Position numbers and translations under genes: made by a program. Below the pieces are notes generated by a model. The model saw only the letters and a list, made by a program, of their open reading frames with translations, was not told the origin of the DNA and made no database searches. Source: Haliotis cracherodii (lineage: Eukaryota). Taken from it: DNA of 64,000 bases. Below, one piece after another: positions 1 to 11,060 of the stretch. The stretch spans positions 51,336,001-51,400,000 of the forward strand of contig NW_027266343.1 in assembly GCF_022045235.1 (NCBI RefSeq), given 5' to 3'. Each line of letters begins with the position of its first letter. Position 1 is the first letter of the stretch.

Positions 1-2707
1 ATAAGAGGAGGGATTTTATGCTTGATATATCTCCCACAAAATGTCACTTACCCGAGTTCATGTTTCAGGGGAATGTATCATTTGGGCTGCCACGAAAGGG
101 TTTGATGGCCATTTGAAGTACCATAATATCTGGAATTGGCTGTCTGTATTTCAATTTGCATTTTAAAAACAAGCAGCGAAGCAAATAAGCAGGAGTATCA
201 ATTTTGGTCAAAGCGTTCATTAACGGGATCAAGGGGTAGACAGTGTGCACTGTATTGAAATTCAAATGTGTGTGCTGTCCTTGAAAATGAGCGAAAGTTG
301 TATTCAGAATACAATCTACATGTTGTTATGGTGCCCTGTATAAATAATATCTGAGCTGCTGCAATGAAACAGCGAAAGCCATGGTGATGTAGAGCATCAA
401 AACAAATGTTGCAAGATTCTTACTGCTTTGGTTAGAAGGGAATGCATACAGTTGGAATTTCCATGACAGTAACATATCTTTACAGTTTATTAATAACACA
501 AACAAAACGATTGAATTCAAAAGTAACTATTAAATACGCTTGTCCGGGTGTAGCTTATCAAACTACAAATTATTTGTAATTTCCATCAAACATGTACTTC
601 TTGAATTGATGATGCAATTTAACATTTTGCATACTGTTTATGTAATTAATAGGAGAAGTATCTATATAGATATTTAGTTGTGTGTTTACTAACGACCTTC
701 CCTGTAGGCGCTATTTGTAGAATACATATTGATTAAATCAGACCGCGAAGTTTAAGATTCCGAACTGGATTGGTAGGATTGAAGATTACAATAAACAAAC
801 AAATAGCTAATATATCCCTTTTGTTGGATTACAACGCAAAAGTGACAATCATTTATCAATACAAAGGAGATTGCATTTGGTAACTGTAGAGAGTTATGTT
901 TAGCTGAATAAATGGTCCAACTTTAAAGCTTGTCATAAGTCTTTATAACAACAACCAGACTGTAAAAACAAGTCGTTTGATCATGTCTATCTTTGAAAAC
1001 ACCTTTGTGTTATACTTTAAGAGCATTTTCTTCTGAAAACACACGTCTTTACTTTTAGATGTACGGTTTTTCTGGGAAACCCTTATACACTTACACATTG
1101 TCAAACTGATTTGCGCGTGTTTTATTCTTGGTATGAGTTTTGGTTTAAACACGCCTTAAAAGAACACAGTCATCACTGTCACTACTGCTTCATCATGTCA
1201 AGGGTATACTTAAAGGGTAGAGGCGATTTATATACTTTCTTCTTTCTTCTAATGTTTAGAACCAAAGACTCACCCGAAGATTAAAACATGTTAAAGTGAG
1301 TTATTTGCAACAGTGATGAAGTATATATGCAAATGTATGAATGGCTGAGACATTGTCAAAAGACAACATTCTCCCAATATGGCACACGATGGAACTGACG
1401 GAGGAGCTCATGAAACACCCAACAAATATATACAAATATAAACTATTCATTAACACCTGGTGACATCAATCTTGTACAATCTTGCCTTTTACAACCAATG
1501 AAATCTGTTTCAGCAGATAATGGAGCCTGATTATTCTCTGGCGTTGACGATTTATGTAGTTCAAGGGTCATCATTGAATGATTATTATATCAATATTCAG
1601 GCGTTATCTATAGAAATTGAGATAACAAATTGAGTGATGCTCGTATTATTACAAATGCCTTGATAATGAAGTGTACAATTATCAAGATGATATGTTGAAA
1701 ATAAGAGAATTCTCTCAAGAAACGCAGTTGCAAATAAAAGCTACATAACCCTTTTCAGAATCATTCGAAACCTCTGCTCGAAGGAAAGACCATTGTACGA
1801 TTTGGACTTTAATGATCACACGCATCTGCGTATGAAAGACTAGCAGATAGTGATGATACCTGGCGGTTGCCAAAAAGTAAGCGTATCCTGCCCCAACGGT
1901 TCCTCCGTCACAAACACATACAAAGACAAGTCAACAAAGACGAGAAAACAAGCTGTTGTTCATATGTCAATCATGTTTTCAGAAGACATTGGTGTACTTT
2001 AAGCTTTTAACAGATATTACACGCATAAAAAGGTGTGGTGAGTATTCATAGTGACAGTCCCTTTGTGAGAAGAAACCAATATATGTACCTATCAGTTAGG
2101 GAATAAAGCTGTTGTAGTTTATTGTTATTGTACAGTAAGATAAATAAAATTCGGAGAGAATAATGTAGTATCTTGGGACTTCTGCAGTATATTCAGCAGA
2201 AGCTATTTTCTTGTGAGCAGGCTGCTGTATTACACGGAAACGGTTAGCATAGTTGACCCCGTGTGGTACAGTGCTACTGCTGTACTGTGGTGAGGCTGTA
2301 CTAGTGTGTTGCGTCAGTTTTCTGGTCTCTTGTTATGTCGTATCACACAGATGCATTATAATGTATGATGTATGTTGCTCCCTCATCATACATATACTGG
2401 ATACACACTTGTCAGACCGTTATCGAATATTTACTTGATATAGGTTAAACGTTGAGTATCGAGGACTGTTCGAATGCATTTAGACGATGCCAGAGAGAGT
2501 GTGTCTGTTTGCCACCTTTATATACGTTGTCTTGTACTTCTTTAATCGATGTTCATGTATACCAGCTCGCATGTGTACCCGTAGGGTGATAACCTCGGGC
2601 CCTTTGATGCGAAAAGAATGCTTATTTTACACCATTAAACTGAGGTGCGTTACTTACCTGGAAGTGGCCAGCCCAAGGTAAATCAATCACGTATAATTCA
2701 CAAATGG

Positions 2708-2743
2708 TATATATAAAGGATGGGGGAAACTGTTCCATCATCT
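2708..2743 (+). promoter_or_regulatory. Core promoter of the Gly-rich gene (TATA box + Inr-like TSS ~2740); present in all 15 units
   Basis: TATATATAAAGG at 2708-2719 and TCATCT at 2738-2743, about 28-30 nt downstream. A GTAAGT donor follows about 50 nt later. Confidence 0.8.
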
Positions 2744-2791
2744 CTTATTTTCACCTGCCGTTCAGACACAGATACGAGTCAAGACCAAACT
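2740..2791 (+). other. Non-coding exon 1 (5' UTR), copy 1; equivalent in all units
   Basis: Lies between the Inr-like site and the donor ACT|GTAAGT (intron starts 2792) and contains no ATG. The TSS is inferred. Confidence 0.7.
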
Positions 2792-3073
2792 GTAAGTACT
2801 ATTTTAAGGTTTGCTTTTGATATATATGTATACTTTTAATGTTTGATTCATCTGCTGCGCATCTGGCTGTTTTCAATCTTTATGTTGAGCCAATTCATAA
2901 AAGTACAAATATGTAACATAAAACGTTCTTGTAAATTGGGAAATATATGAATGCAGGTGAAAGTAAAACTGATAACATAATTCACAATGAGTGGTGTGAA
3001 CTGAATTTACCAGATGAGTAACGATAACATGCTATTTCCCTTTCTTGTCAACGATTTTCACGTTACTCAATAG
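2792..3073 (+). other. Intron 1 (282 nt, in 5' UTR), copy 1
   Basis: GTAAGT donor, AT-rich body, pyrimidine tracts and acceptor CAATAG|ATACTCAAAATG, 9 nt before the start codon. Confidence 0.75.
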
Positions 3074-3082
3074 ATACTCAAA

Positions 3083-3673
3083 ATGATGAAGATAGTCGCC
3101 GCTCTTGTTGCCTGCCTGGCTGTTACCGCCTTTGCCGAGCCTACCGGTCTGTATGGTGGAATTGGCGGGTTGAAAGGAGGACTGGGCGGAATTGGCTACG
3201 GAATGGGTGGATTGTACGGAGGCCTTGGAGGTCTGTACGGGGGCTATGGAGGTCTGTACGGAGGCATGGGAGGTCTATACGGAGGCGTGGGAGGTCTATA
3301 CGGAGGCATGGGAGGTCTATACGGAGGCATGGGAGGTCTGTACGGAGGACTTGGAGGCTATGGTGGTCTCTACGGCGGAATTGGAGGATACGGAATGGGA
3401 TTGGGAAAAGGTATTTCACAAAATATGATATCATTTGTTTATCGTATCCCACTTTCAGTCTCGTTTGCAAAATTATATAACTTACCTATGTGGTATTATT
3501 ATTTACGCGACAAAGCTGATGACATTTACAAAACATCTTTAAAATTATTCTCTGCTTTCTCTAATATTTGGTTTAGCTTATCATGCAGCTAGTTTCAAGA
3601 CTTCGTTGTGACTTATCCATATATCCCAACTTTATTCTACTATGTTTTTGTTTCAGGTATCGGCTATTATTGA
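3083..3673 (+). CDS. Secreted Gly/Tyr/Leu-rich GGLYGGX-repeat structural protein, copy 1; join(3083..3410,3657..3673), 114 aa
   Basis: AAAATG start context and signal peptide MMKIVAALVACLAVTAFA|EP, followed by (GGLYGGX)7. Phase-1 intron AAG|GTATTT...TTTCAG|GT; the last exon gives GIGYY-stop, which continues the Gly/Tyr composition. Confidence 0.92.
3206..3352 (+). repeat. Coding 21-nt minisatellite GGAGGTCTRTACGGAGGCNNN x7 (GGLYGGX; X=L,Y,M,V,M,M,L)
   Basis: Read directly from exon 2. Six repeats in copies 8 and 9. Confidence 0.97.
3411..3656 (+). other. Intron 2 (246 nt, phase 1), copy 1
   Basis: GTATTT donor and T-rich tract ending TTTCAG, with a sharp GC drop. 1-bp insertions occur here in copies 5, 12, 13 and 14, whereas the coding exons never show frameshifting indels. 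Confidence 0.88.
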
Positions 3674-3738
3674 TTTTTTATCACCTGCAGTGTGATGTTG
3701 GCTATCTATGTATATTCGCAAACCAATGGAATTGGTTC

Positions 3739-3744
3739 AATAAA
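3739..3744 (+). promoter_or_regulatory. Polyadenylation signal AATAAA, copy 1; in all units
   Basis: AATAAA 65 nt after the spliced stop codon, followed by T/GT-rich sequence (TTTGTTTG). Confidence 0.8.
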
Positions 3745-6700
3745 ATCTTGTCATATTTATTTACGCCTTGAAATTTGTTTGAGAATCTGAAAACTGAATT
3801 GAATGTTCACAATGGAAGAGTGATCTATGTTTCTCCATATTGTAAACTCTGGACATAGTACGTGTTGTAGACCAATATCCAAGCACTTAAATGATATTGC
3901 GTTTTACTTCAAGCTAAGATATCAACTACTGAAATGTGTATTAAGTTCCTGAGGAAACCGGACATGATGATAAGAGGAGGGATTTTATGCTTGATATATC
4001 TCCCACAAAATGTCACTTACCCGAGTTCATGTTTCAGGGGAATGTATCATTTGGGCTGCCACGAAAGGGTTTGATGGCCATTTGAAGTACCATAATATCT
4101 GCAATTGGCTGGCTGTATTTCAATTTGCATTTTAAAAACAAGCAGCGAAACAAATAAGCAGGTGTATCAATTTTGGTCAAAGCGTTCATTAACGGGATCA
4201 AGGGGTAGACAGTGTTCACTGTATTGAAATGCAAATGTGTGTGCTGTCCTTGAAAATGAGCGAAAGTTGTATTCAGAATACAATCTACATGTTGTTATGG
4301 TGCTTTGTATAAATAATATCTGAGCTGCTGCAATGAAACAGCGAAAGCCATGGTGATGTAGAGCATCAAAACAAATGTTGCAAGATTCTTACTGCTTTGG
4401 TTAGAAGGGAAATTCAATGCATACAGTTGGAATTTCCATGACAGTAACATATCTTTACAGTTTATTAATAACACAAACAAAACGATTGAATTCAAAAGTA
4501 ACTATTAAATACGCTTGTCCGGGTGTAGCTTATCAAACTACAAATTATTTGTAATTTCCATCAAACATGTACTTCTTGGTTTGATGATGCAATTTAACAT
4601 TTTGCATACTGTTTATGTAATTAATAGGAGAAGTATCTATATAGATATTTAGTTGTGTGTTTACTAACGACCTTCCCTGTAGGCGCTATTTGTAGAATAC
4701 ATATTGATTAAATCAGACCGCGAATTTTAAAATTCCGAACTGGATTGGTAGGATTGAAGATTACAATAAACAAACAAATAGCTAATATACCCCTTTTGTT
4801 GGATTACAACGCAAAAGTGACAATCATTTATCAATACAAAGGAGATTGCATTTGGTAACTGTAGAGAGTTAAGTTTAGCTGAATAAATGGTCCAACTTTA
4901 AAGCTTGTCATAAATCTTTATAACAACAACCAGACTGTAAAAACAAGTCGTTTGATCATGTCTATCTTTGAAAACACCTTTGTGTTATACTTTAAGAGCA
5001 TTTTCTTCTGAAAACACACGTCTTTACTTTTAGATGTACGGTTTTTCTGGGAAACCCTTATACACTTACACATTGTCAAACTGATTTGGGCGTGTTTTAT
5101 TCTTGGTATGAGTTTTGGTTTAAACATGCCTTAAAAGAACACAGTCATCACTATCACTACTGCTTCATCATGTCAAGAGCATACTTAAAGGGTAGAGGCG
5201 ATTTATATACTTTCTTCTTTCTTCTAATGTTTAGAACCAAAGACTCACCCGAAGATTAAAACATGTTAAAGTGAGTTATTTGCAACAGTGATTAAGTATA
5301 TATGCAAATGTATGAATGGCTGAGACATTGTCAAAAGACAACATTCTCCCAATATGGCACACGATGGAACTGACGGAGGAGCTCATGAAACACCCAACAA
5401 ATATATACAAATATAAACTATTCATTAACACCTGGTGACATCATTGATATTCAGTATATGTTTTAGTACAATCTTGCCTTTTACAACCAATGAAATCTGT
5501 TTCAGCAGATAATGGAGCCTGATTATTCTCTGGCGTTGACGATTTATGTAGTTAAAGGGTCATCATTGAATGATTATTATATCAATATTCAGGCGTTATC
5601 TATAGAAATTGTGATAACAAATTGAGTGATGCTCGTATTATTACAAATGCCTTGATAATGAAGTGTACAATTATCAAGATGATATGTTGAAAATAAGAGA
5701 ATTCTCTCAAGAAACGCAGTTGCAAATAAAAGCTACATAACCCTTTTCAGAATCATTCGAAACCTCTGCTCGAAGGAAAGACCATTGTACGATTTGGACT
5801 TTAATGATCACACGCATCTGCGTATGAAAGACTAGCAGATAGTGATGATACCTGGCGGTTGCCAAAAAGTAAGCGTATCCTGCCCCAACGGTTCCTCCGT
5901 CACAAACACATACAAAGACAAGTCAACAAAGACGAGAAAACAAGCTGTTGTTCATATGTCAATCATGTTTTCAGAAGACATTGGTGTACTTTAAGCTTTT
6001 AACAGATATTACACGCATAAAAAGGTGTGGTGAGTATTCATAGTGACAGTCCCTTTGTGAGAAGAAACCAATATATGTACCTATCAGTTAGGAAATAAAG
6101 CTGTTGTAGTTTATTGTTATTGTACAGTAAGATAAATAAAATTCGGAGAGAATAATGTAGTATCTGGGGACTTCTGCAGTATATTCAGCAGAAGCTATTT
6201 TCTTGTGAGCAGGCTGCTGTATTACACGGAAACGGTTAGCATAGTTGACCCCGTGTGGGACAGTGCTACTGCTGTACTGTGGTGGGGCTGTACTAGTGTG
6301 TTGCGTCAGTTTTCTGGTCTCTTGTTATGTTGTATCACACAGATGCATTATAATGTATGATGTATGTTGCTCCCTCATCATACATATACTGGATACACAC
6401 TTGTCAGACCGTTATCGAATATTTACTTGATATAGGTTAAACGTTGAGTATCGAGGACTGTTCGAAAGCATTTAGACGATGCCAGAGAGAGTGTGTCTGT
6501 TTGCCACCTTTATATACGTTGTCTTGTACTTCCTTAATCGATGTTCATGTATACCAGCTCGCATGTGCACCCGTAGGGTGATAACCTCGGGCCCTTTGAT
6601 GCGAAATGAATGCTTATTTTACACCATTAAACTGAGGTGCGTTACTTACCTGGAAGTGGCCAGCCCAAGGTAAATCAATCACGTATAATTCACAAATGGT

Positions 6701-7074
6701 ATATATAAAGGATGGGGGAAACTGTTCCATCATCTCTTATTTTCACCTGCCGTTCAGACACAGATACGAGTCAAGACCAAACTGTAAGTACTATTTTAAG
6801 GTTTGCTTTTGATATATATGTATACTTTTAATGTTTGATTCATCTGCTGCGCATCTGGCTGTTTTCAATCTTTATGTTAAGCCAATTCATAAAAGTACAA
6901 ATATGTAACATAAAACGTTCTTGTAAATTGGGAAATATATGAATGCAGGTGAAAGTAAAACTGATAACATAATTCACAATGAGTGGTGTGAACTGAATTT
7001 ACCAGATGAGTAACGATAACATGCTATTTCCCTTTCTTAACAAAGATTTTCACGTTACTCAATAGATACTCAAA

Positions 7075-7665
7075 ATGATGAAGATAGTCGCCGCTCTTGT
7101 TGCCTGCCTGGCTGTTACCGCCTTTGCCGAGCCTACCGGTCTGTATGGTGGAATTGGCGGGTTGAAAGGAGGACTGGGCGGAATTGGCTACGGAATGGGT
7201 GGATTGTACGGAGGCCTTGGAGGTCTGTACGGGGGCTATGGAGGTCTGTACGGAGGCATGGGAGGTCTATACGGAGGCGTGGGAGGTCTATACGGAGGCA
7301 TGGGAGGTCTATACGGAGGCATGGGAGGTCTGTACGGAGGACTTGGAGGCTATGGTGGTCTCTACGGCGGAATTGGAGGATACGGAATGGGATTGGGAAA
7401 AGGTATTTCACAAAATATGATATCATTTGTTTATCGTATCCCACTGTCAGTCTCGTTTGCAAAATTATATAACTTACCTATGTGGTATTATTATTTACGC
7501 GACAAAGCTGATGACATTTACAAAACATCTTTAAAATTATTCTCTGCTTTCTCTAATATTTGGTTTAGCTTATCATGCAGCTAGTTTCAAGACTTCGTTG
7601 TGACTTATCCATATATCCCAACTTTATTCTACTATTTTTTTGTTTCAGGTATCGGCTATTATTGA
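7075..7665 (+). CDS. GGLYGGX-repeat secreted protein, copy 2; join(7075..7402,7649..7665), 114 aa
   Basis: Same protein as copy 1; splice sites intact. Confidence 0.92.
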
Positions 7666-10600
7666 TTTTTTATCACCTGCAGTGTGATGTTGGCTATCTA
7701 TGTATATTCGCAAACCAATGGAATTGGTTCAATAAAATCTTGTCATATTTATTTACGCCTTGAAATTTGTTTGAGAACCTGAAAACTGAATTGAATGTTC
7801 ACAATGGAAGAGGGATCTATGTTTCTCCATATTGTAAACTCTGGACATAGTACGTGTTGTAGACCAATATCCAAGCACTTAAATGATATTGCGTTTTACT
7901 TCAAGCTAAGATATCAACTACTGAAATGTGTATTAAGTTCCTGAGGAAACCGGACATGATGATAAGAGGAGGGATTTTATGCTTGATATATCTCCCACAA
8001 AATGTCACTTACCCGAGTTCATGTTTCAGGGGAATGTATCATTTGGGCTGCCACGAAAGGGTTTGATGGCCATTTGAAGTACCATAATATCTGGAATTGG
8101 CTGGCTGTATTTCAATTTGCATTTTAAAAACAAGCAGCGAAACAAATAAGCAGGAGTATCAATTTTGGTCAAAGCGTTCATTAACGGGATCAAGGGGTAG
8201 ACAGTGTGCACTGTATTGAAATGCAAATGTGTGTGCTGGCCTTGAAAATGAGCGAAAGTTGTAGAAAGAATACAATCTACATGTTGTTATGGTGCTCTGT
8301 ATAAATGATATCTGAGCTGCTGCAATGAAACAGCGAAAGCCATGGTGATGTAGAGCATCAAAACAAATGTTGCAAGATTCTTACTGCTTTGGTTAGAAGG
8401 GAATGCATACAGTTGGAATTTCCATGACAGTAACATATCTTTACAGTTTATTAATAACACAAACAAAACGATTGAATTCAAAAGTAACTATTAAATACGC
8501 TTGTCCGGGTGTAGCTTATCAAACTACAAATTATTTGTAATTTCCATCAAACATGTACTTCTTGGTTTGATGATGCAATTTAACATTTTGCATACTGTTT
8601 ATGTAATTAATAGGAGAAGTATCTATATAGATATTTAGTTGTGTGTTTACTAACGACCTTCCCTGTAGGCGCTATTTGTAGAATACATATTGATTAAATC
8701 AGACCGCGAATTTTAAGATTCCGAACTGGATTGGTAGGATTGAAGATTACAATAAACAAACAAATAGCTAATATATCCCTTTTGTTGGATTACAACGCAA
8801 AAGTGACAATCATTTATCAATACAAAGGAGATAGCATTTGGTAACTGTAGAGAGTTATGTTTAGCTGAATAAATGGTCCAACTTTAAAGCTTGTCATAAG
8901 TCTTTATAACAACAACCAGACTGTAAAAACAAGTCGTTTGATCATGTCTATCTTTGAAAACACCTTTGTGTTATACTTTAAGAGCATTTTCTTCTGAAAA
9001 CACACGTCTTTACTTTTAGATGTACGGTTTTTCTGGGAAACCCTTATACACTTACACATTGTCAAACTGATTTGGGCGTGTTTTATTCTTGGTATGAGTT
9101 TTGGTTTAAACATGCCTTAAAAGAACACTGTCATCACTGTCACTACTGCTTCATCATGTCAAGAGCATACTTAAAGGGTAGAGGCGATTTATATACTTTC
9201 TTCTTTCTTCTAATGTTTAGAACCAAAGACTCACCCGAAGATTAAAACATGTTAAAGTGAGTTATTTGCAACAGTGATTAAGTATATATGCAAATGTATG
9301 AATGGCTGAGACATTGTCAAAAGACAACATTCTCCCAATATGGCACACGATGGAACTGACGGAGGAGCTCATGAAACACCCAACAAATATATACAAATAT
9401 AAACTATTCATTAACACCTGGTGACATCATTGATATTCAGTATATGTTTTAGTACAATCTTGCCTTTTACAACCAATGAAATCTGTTTCAGCAGATAATG
9501 GAGCCTGATTATTCTCCGGCGTTGACGATTTATGTACTTAAAGGATCATCATTGAATGATTATTATATCAATATTCAGGCGTTATCTATAGAAATTGAGA
9601 TAACAAATTTAGTGATGCTCGTATTATTACAAATGCCTTGATAATGAAGTGTACAATTATCAAGATGATATGTTGAAAATAAGAGAATTCTCTCAAGAAA
9701 CGCAGTTGCAAATAAAAGCCACATAACCCTTTTCAGAATCATTCGAAACCTCTGCTCGAAGCAAAGACCATTGTACGATTTCGACTTTAATGATCACACG
9801 CATCTGCGTATGAAAGACTAGCAGATAGTGATGATACCTGGCGGTTGCCAAAAAGTAAGCGTATCCTGCCCCAACGGTTCCTCCGTCACAAACACATACA
9901 AAGACAAGTCAACAAAGACGAGAAAACAAGCTGTTGTTCATATGTCAATCATGTTTTCAGAAGACATTGGTGTACTTTAGGCTTTTAACAGATATTACAC
10001 GCATAAAAAGGTGTGGTGAGTATTCATAGTGACAGTCCCTTTGTGAGAAGAAACCAATATATGTACCTATCAGTCAGGAAATAAAGCTGTTGTAGTTTAT
10101 TGTTATTGTACAGTAAGATAAATAAAATTCGGAGAGAATAATGTAGTATCTGGGGACTTCTGCAGTATATTCAGCAGAAGCTATTTTCTTGTGAGCAGGC
10201 TGCTGTATTACACGGAAACGGTTAGCATAGTTGACCCCGTGTGGTACAGTGCTACTGCTGTACTGTGGTGGGGCTGTACTAGTGTGTTGCGTCAGTTTTC
10301 TGGTCTCTTGTTATGTCGTATCACACAGATGCATTATAATGTATGATGTATGTTGCTCCCTCATCATACATATACTGGATACACACTTGTCAGACCGTTA
10401 TCGAATATTTACTTGATATAGGTTAAACGTTGAGTATCTAGGACTGTTCGAATGCATTGAGACGATGCCAGAGAGAGTGTGTCTGTTTGCCACCTTTATA
10501 TACGTTGTCTTGTACTTCCTTAATCGATGTTCATGTATACCAGCTCGCATGTGTACCCGTAGGGTGATAACCTCGGGCCCTTTGATGCGAAATGAATGCT

Positions 10601-11060
10601 TATTTTACACCATTAAATTGAGGTGCGTTACTTACCTGGAAGTGGCCAGCCCAAGGTAAATCAATCACGTATAATTCACAAATGGTATATATAAAGGATG
10701 GGGGAAACTGTTCCATCATCTCTTATTTTCACCTGCCGTTCAGACACAGATACGAGTCAAGACCAAACTGTAAGTACTATTTTAAGGTTTGCTTTTGATA
10801 TATATGTATACTTTTAATGTTTGATTCATCTGCTGCCCATCTGGCTGTTTTCAATCTTTATGTTGAGCCAATTCATAAAAGTACAAATATGTAACATAAA
10901 ACGTTCTTGTAAATTGGGAAATATATGAATGCAGGTGAAAGTAAAACTGATAACATAATTCACAATGAGTGGTGTGAACTGAATTTACCAGATGAGTAAC
11001 GATAACATGCTATTTCCCTTTCTTAACAAAGATTTTCACGTTACTCAATAGATACTCAAA

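Noticed and set aside
659-672. Perfect 14-bp palindrome TATCTATATAGATA; also AACCAAT-GGA-ATTGGTT hairpin at 3721-3737 before AATAAA
   Set aside because: Short AT-rich inverted repeats are expected by chance. The 3'UTR hairpin does not match the histone stem-loop consensus.
1393-1420. Hammerhead ribozyme-like core CTGACGGAG..CTCATGAAAC (also CAGATGAG..CGATAAC at ~3012)
   Set aside because: The core deviates from CUGANGA/GAAA, and I could not find flanking stems I and III.
2212-2266. tRNA-Gly(TCC)-like words GTGAGCA..GCTGC and GGTTAGCAT-AGTTGACCC
   Set aside because: There is no anticodon arm, no GGTTCGA B-box and no acceptor stem, so it cannot form a cloverleaf.
65-2681. Repeated 60-69 aa spacer ORFs (MHFNTV.., MNSIVL.., MFKPKL.., MTPCGT.., MPERVC..)
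   Set aside because: They mostly have non-ATG starts and no recognisable domains, and some are broken in individual units (MFKPKL in unit 10, MPERVC in units 6 and 11). They recur only because the DNA is duplicated.
2651-2692. U1 snRNA gene (TACTTACCTGG matches the U1 5' end)
   Set aside because: Similarity stops after about 11 nt, and there are no U1 stem-loops or Sm site downstream.
3206-3352. CRISPR-like repeat array
   Set aside because: The 21-nt repeats are contiguous and coding, with no unique spacers. The context is eukaryotic and intron-containing, with no cas genes.
3141-3470. Overlapping ORFs with TEAWEVY repeats (+1 frame) and RIDLPCL repeats (antisense)
   Set aside because: These are shadow frames of a stop-poor 21-nt coding repeat, with no independent promoter, signal or splice support.
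3411-3592. C-terminal 60 aa (ISQNMISFVYRIP...SLSCS) of the 169-aa ORF as real coding sequence or a membrane anchor
   Set aside because: It starts exactly at a GT donor, composition changes abruptly, and it is frameshifted in copies 5, 12, 13 and 14. It is intron 2 read-through.
3083-3673. Naming the gene shematrin, suckerin, prismalin, chorion or keratin-associated protein
   Set aside because: Only low-complexity compositional similarity is evident and the diagnostic modules of each family are absent, so no symbol is assigned.
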